In this document: piece by piece, positions 8,824 through 15,942 of the stretch
Position numbering within the stretch: position 1 is the first letter of the stretch
How the letters are laid out: each line of letters opens with the position of its first letter
Assembly (NCBI GenBank): GCA_026387835.1
Contig: JAPLKZ010000005.1
Span: 120,001 to 152,000 of the forward strand
DNA length: 32,000 bases
Reading direction: 5' to 3'
DNA from: Candidatus Saganbacteria bacterium
GTDB lineage: Bacteria > Margulisbacteria > WOR-1 > JAKLHX01
Program-made: the position numbers and the translations under genes
Notes under the pieces: model-generated
Database searches by the model: none
What the model was told of the DNA's origin: nothing
The model's input: the letters and a program-made list of their open reading frames with translations, nothing else

Positions 8824-10038
8824 ATGAGGAAGACAAAAAATAATATTATTTGCACAGTGTTATTAATGTTCTGTTTAACAGGGATATCGATAGCAGCTGA
8901 CGTGCTTGATATAGGGGCAGGTGCAAGGTCAATAGGACTTGGCAGGACGAATACCTCGGTGAAGGGAGATGCCTACGGGATATTCGGCAACCCGGCAAGC
9001 TTAAGGGGAGTGACAACGGGCGAGATAGTGAGCATGTACGGGACGATGAACACGGACGTCAAATACACGCTTCTCGGTTACGTGCTGCCTACAAAATACG
9101 GCAAGTTCTTCGCGGGTTACGCTAACAACCAGACACCCGATATTACATCCACGACGCTTGATGCCACAACAGGAAGGCCCGTGGCCGTGACAAACTTTGA
9201 TTTCAGGAACGACATGCTTCTTTTGGGATACGAGAACAGCCTGAGCAAGGCAATATCATACGGATTGAGGGTGAAATACTACAATAAAGGGAGCGCGGCC
9301 ATTGCGAACATGTCGGGTAGCGGAGTAAATGCGGACGCGGGTGTTCAGATAGACACAAATGACAAGCTGACAGTCGGTATGATCGCAAAGAATATAATAC
9401 CCGGACAGTCGATAAAGCTTCTTAACGGGCAAACTGAGGAGCTTCCGGGAGAGTTTGACATAGGACTTGGGTTTTTCCCTCATAAGAGACTGGATATCTA
9501 TGCGGATCTGAATCTTACAAGGAACATCCCTGCGGAAGCAAAAGTTGGTATCGAGTGGAGGATGGTGGATTTTCTGGCATTGCGCCTTGGCGCAGAGCAG
9601 AAGTCGATGGGTGCAAGTTCAAGTTATATAAACGGTTCAGCCGGCGTGGGATTAAACCTGGGGATATTCGGTATAGATTACGCGTATTACTATGACAGTC
9701 TTGTGACGACCAACTCAAGGCATTTCATTTCGATATCAATAAAAACACCGGCAGTGAAAGCGGCTGAGCCTGTGTTCCCGGAAAAGACAGCAACTAAAGC
9801 GATATCTAAAGAAGAAGTTAAGATCATAACTCCTAAAGCGCCGGCAATTCCGGTTGAAGAAGTGAAAGCAAAAGAGCCTGAAGCGATTGAATATATAGTA
9901 GTGGAAGATGACTGGTTGAGTAAGATAGCGTTAAGGTACTTAGGTGATATGAAGAGATATCCTGAGCTTGCCAAGATGAACGACATCAAGAATCCCGATC
10001 TGATATTTCCCGGGCAGAAGATAATTATAAAGAAATAA
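8824..10038 (+). CDS. PorV/UPF0164-like outer-membrane beta-barrel protein with one C-terminal LysM domain (copy 1)
   Basis: Signal peptide ...LMFCLTGISIAA, ADVLDIGAGARSIGLGRTNTSVKGDAYGIFGNPASL, internal barrel strands, then VEDDWLSKIALRYLGDMKRYPELAKMNDIKNPDLIFPGQKIIIKK. Confidence 0.75.
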   Translation: MRKTKNNIICTVLLMFCLTGISIAADVLDIGAGARSIGLGRTNTSVKGDAYGIFGNPASLRGVTTGEIVSMYGTMNTDVKYTLLGYVLPTKYGKFFAGYANNQTPDITSTTLDATTGRPVAVTNFDFRNDMLLLGYENSLSKAISYGLRVKYYNKGSAAIANMSGSGVNADAGVQIDTNDKLTVGMIAKNIIPGQSIKLLNGQTEELPGEFDIGLGFFPHKRLDIYADLNLTRNIPAEAKVGIEWRMVDFLALRLGAEQKSMGASSSYINGSAGVGLNLGIFGIDYAYYYDSLVTTNSRHFISISIKTPAVKAAEPVFPEKTATKAISKEEVKIITPKAPAIPVEEVKAKEPEAIEYIVVEDDWLSKIALRYLGDMKRYPELAKMNDIKNPDLIFPGQKIIIKK

Positions 10039-10128
10039 CCCTTCGCTGACCTCTTCCAATTTCTTCTTGCTTATTGAGCTCGCGTTATATATTATATAAA
10101 CATCTAATCATATGACAAGAAAACAGAA

Positions 10129-13100
10129 ATGAATAATATCTTGAAAAAGCCCGGTTTAATATTATTTTATTGTTTAGCGGTCATATTTCTCTGTCTCTCA
10201 CCCGCATACGCCAGTTATCCGGATCATGTAACAAAAACAATGTCCGGATTCAGTCTCCCTCTTGGTATAGCCATTACTCCGGGTGGAGATTATGCGTATG
10301 TTGCAAATAGTGGTGGCAACAATGTTTTGGTTATTCAAACCTCCAGCAATACCACAACAGCAGCGATCTCCGTAGGGACGAATCCCAAGGGTGTTGCCAT
10401 TACTCCTAATGGAAATTACGCATATGTTACAGATTATTCCGGTGCTTCCGGCAATAGAGTTACGGTTATCGATACTTCCACCGGTACCGTTGCAGCGACA
10501 ATTTCCGGACTGAATGGACCCTTTGGCGTAGCCATAACTCCGGATGGAAATTACGCTTATGTCGCAAATTATGTTGGCAACACGGTTTCGGTTATCCAAA
10601 CCTCAACCGAAGCTGTTACCGCGACAATCAATGTAGGGACTCAACCCCAAGCTGTTGCCATTACTCCGAATGGAAATTTTGTGTATGTTGTAAATTATAA
10701 TGGCAACAGTGTTTCGGTAATCAATACTTCCACCAATACTGTTTCAGCGACGGTCAATGTAGGGAGTCAACCCCAAGGTGTCGCAATAACTCCGGATGGA
10801 AATTACGCGTATGTTTCAAATTCTTCCAGCACTCTTAGCAACTCGGTTTCGGTAATCAATACTTCCACCAACACAGTTACAGCGACGATCCCTGTAGGGA
10901 GCAACCCCATCGGCGTAGCCATTACTCCGGATGGAAATTACGCATATGTTGCAAATTATCTTAGCAACTCGGTTAAGGTTATCGATACTTCCACCAACAC
11001 CGTTGCGGCGACGATCACTGTAGGGACTCAACCCAACGGTGTCGCCATAACTCCGGATGGAAATACTGCGTATGTTACAAATACTAACGGCAACACGGTC
11101 TCGGTCCTCGGAAAAACAACATGGACGATCACGCCGGAAGCGGGAGCTAACGGAAGCATCAGCCCAGCTACTGTACAGACAACGAATGACGGCTCGTCTA
11201 CGACATTCACATTCACACCGAACGCCCATTACCATGTATCGCAGGTGCTAGTTGACGGGACAAATGTAGGGACACCAGCAGCATATACATTCAGCAATGT
11301 GAGTGCGAACCACACGATTGAGGCTGATTTTGTTATCAATACCTGGACGGTCACGCCTAATGCGATAGGTTACGGCACGGTCAGTCCGGGCACAGCAGTA
11401 ATAACGGACGAAGGCTCGACAACAACATTTACGTTCAATCCCAATCCGCATAGTCACGTAACTAATGTACGAGTAGACGGGACCAGCGTGGGTACTCCGT
11501 CATCGTACTCGTTCACAAACGTGAGTGCTAACCACACGATAGAAGCGGAATTCGAGCGGATCACCTGGATGATCACACCGGAAGCCGGAGCTAACGGAAG
11601 TATCAGTCCTGCTACTGTGCAGACGACGAATGAGGGAAGCGATACGACATTCACGTTCACGCCGGATGCTAATTACCATGTATCGCAGGTGCTGGTTGAT
11701 GGTGCAAATGTAGGGACGCCGACAGCGTATACTTTCAGCAATGTCAGCGCGAACCATACTATTGAAGCGGACTTTATAGCATTGTCTCCCGCTGCACCGA
11801 GTAATTTTAATCCCGTACCGGCTTCAACAACTCAAATGAATTATACATGGACAGATAATTCATCAAACGAATCGGGGTTTGTGATACTTGACGGATCAAA
11901 CAATGTAAAAGTGCTTGTGGCCGCGAATGCCACATCAACAAGTGAAACAGGTCTATTGGCTAATACGCAGTATACAAGGAAAGTAACCGCATATAACGGC
12001 GGCGGAGCGGCGACGTCAGATGCGGTTTCCAAATACACATCAATAGAAGCGGCTGTAAGGGGAACATATGAAGCGGGGACAACTACAAGCATAACTATTC
12101 ATTCATCAAATGCCCCGTCCAATTTGACATCGGAATCGTCCGGAATATACTTTGAAAATGTCACACAGGGAACAAATTCAGGTTGGATACAAAATAATAC
12201 TTGGACAAGTTCCGGCTTACCGTCTAATACTACATACAGTTTCAAAATAACTGCAAGGAACGGTGACGGGACAATAACATCGACAACGGATGCCGGTTGC
12301 CAGACAACTAACAATCTTCTCACCAATCCGGGAGGGGAAAGTGCGGACACAACGGGATGGACCGTGATCGACAACGGAGGGAGCGGATGGTTAGTGGGCG
12401 GAGGCTTTGTCCACTCCGGGAACTACTCATTTCAATCTTCATACAGCTGGTGCAGTATGAACCAGACAATAGATCTTTTATCCAAGGGGTATTCGGCCGC
12501 CCAGCTTGATGCGCAACCCGTTATCACCTTCAAAGACTGGGTTATGTGCCGTGACTACTTTGATACTTATTACTACATGAAATTCGACTTACTGGCTGCT
12601 GACGGGGTGACCGTGATCTCATCAGAGTCCATCGGGAGCCAGGCTAGTCCTGTTACTCTTCCCCAGAATACAGCTTGGACCGAGGTCTCTCGTACTTTTA
12701 CCGGTTACGGCACGGGGGTCAGATACATCAAATTTAAACATGCAGGATATGATGGCGGGAGGTGGGCGGGTCAATACGGCACATACTTTGATGACGCATC
12801 CGTCACTGTTGCTGGCAGCACATATTATCTGATCACAAGTGAAGCCGGCTCACACGGGTCAATAACCCCGAGCGGAACGGCAAGTGTTTATTATTGCGAT
12901 AGCCAGCAGTATGTGATTACCCCGTCAACCGGATATCATGTTTCAGGACTATTGATTGACGGCGGTACAGTGACAGCCACAACGGAATACACTTTCACCA
13001 GTGTTGCGGCAGATCATACAATAATCGCGAGTTTTGAGATCAATTCATATTTGATAACTTCCGAAGCCGGCTCACACGGAACGATCACACCGAGCGGGGA

Positions 13101-14196
13101 AACGAGCGTGAACTATGGAAGTGATCAGCAATATCTGATAACACCTGAAGCAGGGTACAGCATATCGGATGTGTTGGTCGATGCTGTCTCGCAGGGAAAG
13201 ATCAGCAGTTATACGTTTACAAATGTCACGGCAAACCATTCAATAGAAGCGAGCTTCTCTTCGTCGGCAATTTCAGTGCACACTCCCGAGGCCGCAGCTT
13301 TCAGTAATGTAACTACAACAGTGATAAAAGCTAATTGGAAAGCAAACGGCAATCCCGTGTCAGCTGAATATTATTGCGAGAATGTAACCACTTCAACTAA
13401 TTCCGGATGGATATCAGGCTTGACATGGACATCATCGTCGCTTGAAGCAAGCACAGTGTACAGCTTCAGGGTCAAAGCCAGGATAACTGCAACATCCGAG
13501 AGCGGCTGGGTATTACTGGGGACGCAGGAGACAACTGCGCAGGCCACAGCTGATGCTTCTATAGCGGGAGTGAGCCTGAAGGACGGAGATTCGATCTCCA
13601 GCACTCTGACGATCACGGTATCACTGACAAGTGAGACCACAATAAGTTCTCTGTCAATAAAACCTCAGGCGACTCTCGGAGGAGTGAAGGAAGTGGATGT
13701 TGACGGGGCCTCTGTCGCATATGACGTGATCTCAACCACATCAACTTCAGCCACGATAAGATTAAGAAATGCGCTCTCAGTCGGAACGCATACCATCAAA
13801 ATAATAACTTATGACACGGCGGGCACAGAATATGTGCTTGAGAGAACAAACCTGAAAGTTTCATCCGGTACCATCACAACGGTAGGTCCCACACTGGTAT
13901 ATCCCAACCCTTATGATCCTTTAGCGGGGAATCTTAAGATAACCTATTATCTCTCTGTTGATACAGGGACCACAATATATGTCTTTGACACAACAGGAAG
14001 ACTGGGCTGGAAGAGCGATTACCCGAGCGGTACCAACGGAGGCAAGGCGGGATACAACGAAGTGCTATGGAACGCTGTCGATATGTTCGGCAGCCCGCTT
14101 GCAAGCGACACGTATTTCATCAACATAATAGAGCAGGGGACCGGTAGAGCGATAACGAAGGTGAAGCTTGTGGTATGGAAAGGCGGAGTGAGATAG
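10129..14196 (+). CDS. Giant modular surface protein copy 2: signal peptide, YVTN beta-propeller, InlB-B-like repeats, Fn3-like modules, FBA-like jelly-roll domain, FlgD/T9SS-like C-terminus
   Basis: 1355 aa intact ORF with signal peptide MNNILKKPGLILFYCLAVIFLCLSPAYA. Domain motifs listed in separate features. Confidence 0.88.
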   Translation: MNNILKKPGLILFYCLAVIFLCLSPAYASYPDHVTKTMSGFSLPLGIAITPGGDYAYVANSGGNNVLVIQTSSNTTTAAISVGTNPKGVAITPNGNYAYVTDYSGASGNRVTVIDTSTGTVAATISGLNGPFGVAITPDGNYAYVANYVGNTVSVIQTSTEAVTATINVGTQPQAVAITPNGNFVYVVNYNGNSVSVINTSTNTVSATVNVGSQPQGVAITPDGNYAYVSNSSSTLSNSVSVINTSTNTVTATIPVGSNPIGVAITPDGNYAYVANYLSNSVKVIDTSTNTVAATITVGTQPNGVAITPDGNTAYVTNTNGNTVSVLGKTTWTITPEAGANGSISPATVQTTNDGSSTTFTFTPNAHYHVSQVLVDGTNVGTPAAYTFSNVSANHTIEADFVINTWTVTPNAIGYGTVSPGTAVITDEGSTTTFTFNPNPHSHVTNVRVDGTSVGTPSSYSFTNVSANHTIEAEFERITWMITPEAGANGSISPATVQTTNEGSDTTFTFTPDANYHVSQVLVDGANVGTPTAYTFSNVSANHTIEADFIALSPAAPSNFNPVPASTTQMNYTWTDNSSNESGFVILDGSNNVKVLVAANATSTSETGLLANTQYTRKVTAYNGGGAATSDAVSKYTSIEAAVRGTYEAGTTTSITIHSSNAPSNLTSESSGIYFENVTQGTNSGWIQNNTWTSSGLPSNTTYSFKITARNGDGTITSTTDAGCQTTNNLLTNPGGESADTTGWTVIDNGGSGWLVGGGFVHSGNYSFQSSYSWCSMNQTIDLLSKGYSAAQLDAQPVITFKDWVMCRDYFDTYYYMKFDLLAADGVTVISSESIGSQASPVTLPQNTAWTEVSRTFTGYGTGVRYIKFKHAGYDGGRWAGQYGTYFDDASVTVAGSTYYLITSEAGSHGSITPSGTASVYYCDSQQYVITPSTGYHVSGLLIDGGTVTATTEYTFTSVAADHTIIASFEINSYLITSEAGSHGTITPSGETSVNYGSDQQYLITPEAGYSISDVLVDAVSQGKISSYTFTNVTANHSIEASFSSSAISVHTPEAAAFSNVTTTVIKANWKANGNPVSAEYYCENVTTSTNSGWISGLTWTSSSLEASTVYSFRVKARITATSESGWVLLGTQETTAQATADASIAGVSLKDGDSISSTLTITVSLTSETTISSLSIKPQATLGGVKEVDVDGASVAYDVISTTSTSATIRLRNALSVGTHTIKIITYDTAGTEYVLERTNLKVSSGTITTVGPTLVYPNPYDPLAGNLKITYYLSVDTGTTIYVFDTTGRLGWKSDYPSGTNGGKAGYNEVLWNAVDMFGSPLASDTYFINIIEQGTGRAITKVKLVVWKGGVR
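10240..11118 (+). repeat. Seven YVTN-family beta-propeller repeats (about 42 codons each)
   Basis: P.GVAITPDGNYAYVxNxxxNxVxVIxTSTNTVxATIxVGxx occurs seven times. Confidence 0.85.
11122..11787 (+). repeat. Three InlB-B-like repeats, 222-nt period
   Basis: Unit starts at 11122, 11344 and 11566 (222 nt spacing). Same unit length and sequence family as 6647-7653. Confidence 0.85.
12310..12810 (+). other. Candidate F-box-associated (FBA, Fbs1/FBXO2-type) glycan-binding-like domain within a bacterial secreted protein
   Basis: NNLLTNPGGE...GWTVIDNGGSGWLV...FQSSYSWCSMNQTIDLLSKGYSAAQLDAQPVITFKDWVMCRDYFDTYYYMKFDLLAADG...WTEVSRTFTGYGTGVRYIKFKHAGYDGGRWAGQYGTYFDDASVTV matches the characteristic FBA pattern (NLLxNPxGE, SYxWCxKxQxIDL, DQPxIxxxDW, VSxTFxxYGxGVRYIxFxHxGxDxxxWxGxYGxxxxxxSVxV). 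Confidence 0.7.
13885..14193 (+). other. FlgD-Ig / T9SS-like C-terminal domain of giant protein copy 2
   Basis: GPTLVYPNPYDPLAGNLKITYYLSVDTGTTIYVFDTTGRLGWKSDYPSGTNGGKAGYNEVLWNAVDMFGSPLASDTYFINIIEQ, near-identical to copy 1. Confidence 0.75.
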
Positions 14197-14217
14197 GGAT
14201 AAGAATGAGGGAGAGGA

Positions 14218-15606
14218 ATGAGGAAGACAAAAAATAATATTATTTGCACAGTGTTATTGATATTCTGTTTAACAGGGATATCGATAGCAGCTGACGTGCT
14301 TGATATAGGGTCAGGCGCAAGGTCAATAGGACTTGGCAGGACGAACACGTCGGTGAAGGGAGATGCCTACGGGATATTCGGCAACCCGGCAAGCCTGAGG
14401 GGAGTGACGACGGGAGAGATAGTGAGCATGTACGGGACTATGAACACGGACGTCAAATACACGCTTCTCGGTTACGTATTGCCTACAAAGTACGGGAAGT
14501 TCTTCGCGGGATACGCCAATAACCAGACACCCGATATCACGTCCACGACGCTTGACGCCACAACGGGAAGGCCCGTGGCCGTGACCAACTTTGATTTCAG
14601 GAACGACATGCTTCTTTTGGGATACGAGAACAGCTTAAGCAAGACAATATCATACGGATTGAGGCTGAAATACTACAACAAAGGCAGTGCGGCCATTTCG
14701 AACATGTCGGGTAGCGGAGTAAATGCGGATGCGGGTGTCCAGATAGACGCAAATGACAAGCTGACAGTCGGTATGATCGCAAAGAACATCATACCCGGAC
14801 AGTCGATAAAGCTTCTTAACGGCCAAACGGAGGAGCTTCCGGGAGAGTTTGACATAGGACTCGGTTTTTTCCCGCATAAGAGACTGGACATCTATGCGGA
14901 CCTGAATCTTACAAGGAACATCCCTGCGGAGGCAAAGCTTGGCATTGAATGGAGGATGTTGGACCAACTGGCATTGCGACTTGGTGCCGAGCAGAAGTCA
15001 ACGGGTGCGAGTTCAAGTTATATCAACGGTTCTGCAGGCGTGGGTTTGACCCTGGGGATATTCGGAATAGATTACGCATATTACTATGACAGTCTTGTCC
15101 AGACGAACTCGAGGCATTTCGTATCGATATCGATAAAAACACCGGCAGTGAAAGCGGCTGAGCCTGTGTTCCCGGAAAAGACAGCAACTAAAGCGATATC
15201 TAAAGAAGAAGTTAAGATCATAACTCCTAAAGCGCCGGCAATTCCGGTTGAAGAAGAAGCAACAGAGGCCGTAACATCCGTTGAAGAGACAAAAGAGCCG
15301 GTAATGACGTATGCGGTAAAACCGGGAGACACGCTTGGCAAGATATCATCACTTTTCCTGGCGGACGGCTCAAAGTATACGGAGATAGCGAAAGATAACG
15401 GGATTGAAGACCCGAACCTGATATATGCGGGACAAAGGATCAAGATAACTAGAGTCGTATATGTCGTCAAGGAAGGGGATACGTTAAGCGGGATCGCTTT
15501 AAAGTTCATGAACAATGCAGATCTTTATACCAAGATCGCCAAAGATAACAGCATCGAGGATCCCCGGCTGATATTCAGCGGGCAGAAGATAGTGATCAGA
15601 AAATAA
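14218..15606 (+). CDS. PorV/UPF0164-like outer-membrane protein with two C-terminal LysM domains (copy 2)
   Basis: Near-identical to 8824..10038 over the barrel. The C-terminus has YAVKPGDTLGKISSLFLADGSKYTEIAKDNGIEDPNLIYAGQRIKI and YVVKEGDTLSGIALKFMNNADLYTKIAKDNSIEDPRLIFSGQKIVI. Confidence 0.77.
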   Translation: MRKTKNNIICTVLLIFCLTGISIAADVLDIGSGARSIGLGRTNTSVKGDAYGIFGNPASLRGVTTGEIVSMYGTMNTDVKYTLLGYVLPTKYGKFFAGYANNQTPDITSTTLDATTGRPVAVTNFDFRNDMLLLGYENSLSKTISYGLRLKYYNKGSAAISNMSGSGVNADAGVQIDANDKLTVGMIAKNIIPGQSIKLLNGQTEELPGEFDIGLGFFPHKRLDIYADLNLTRNIPAEAKLGIEWRMLDQLALRLGAEQKSTGASSSYINGSAGVGLTLGIFGIDYAYYYDSLVQTNSRHFVSISIKTPAVKAAEPVFPEKTATKAISKEEVKIITPKAPAIPVEEEATEAVTSVEETKEPVMTYAVKPGDTLGKISSLFLADGSKYTEIAKDNGIEDPNLIYAGQRIKITRVVYVVKEGDTLSGIALKFMNNADLYTKIAKDNSIEDPRLIFSGQKIVIRK

Positions 15607-15681
15607 TAACAACCTTAGCGCTTACTCCTATTTGAACCATATATATATATTTGTTATAATTCACTTATATTTCGTTCGTTA

Positions 15682-15918
15682 GTTATCAGTTATAAGTTAT
15701 CAGTTATAGGTTAATTGTGGGAGTAGTCCTTCGACTCGCTATGCTCGCTCAGGACTAAACTGAAACCGATTAGTGCAGGATTTAAATTAAGTATTGAGTG
15801 AACGAAGTAAATCGAAATGCGGGAGTAGTTCAGTGGTAGAATGTCTCCTTGCCAAGGAGAAGGTCGAGGGTTCGAATCCCTTCTCCCGCTTTTGAACCGA
15901 CAACTTATAACTGATAAC
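15682..15918. repeat. 17-bp perfect inverted repeat flanking tRNA-Gly (left arm 15682-15698, right arm 15902-15918)
   Basis: GTTATCAGTTATAAGTT versus AACTTATAACTGATAAC. The left arm also has an adjacent partial direct copy (gttatcagttata). Confidence 0.8.
15819..15890 (+). tRNA. tRNA-Gly (anticodon GCC), CCA not encoded
   Basis: GCGGGAG acceptor pairs with CTCCCGC. D arm AGTTCAGTGGTAGAA, anticodon stem-loop TCTCC-TTGCCAA-GGAGA, T arm with GGTTCGAATCC. Confidence 0.96.
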
Positions 15919-15942
15919 ATATAAAAGAAAGAGAGAAAGACT

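Noticed and set aside
15718-15731. GTGGGAGTAGTCC resembling the 5' end of the tRNA-Gly (GCGGGAGTAGTTC)
   Set aside because: Only ~13 nt with two mismatches; too short to claim a tRNA-fragment attachment site.
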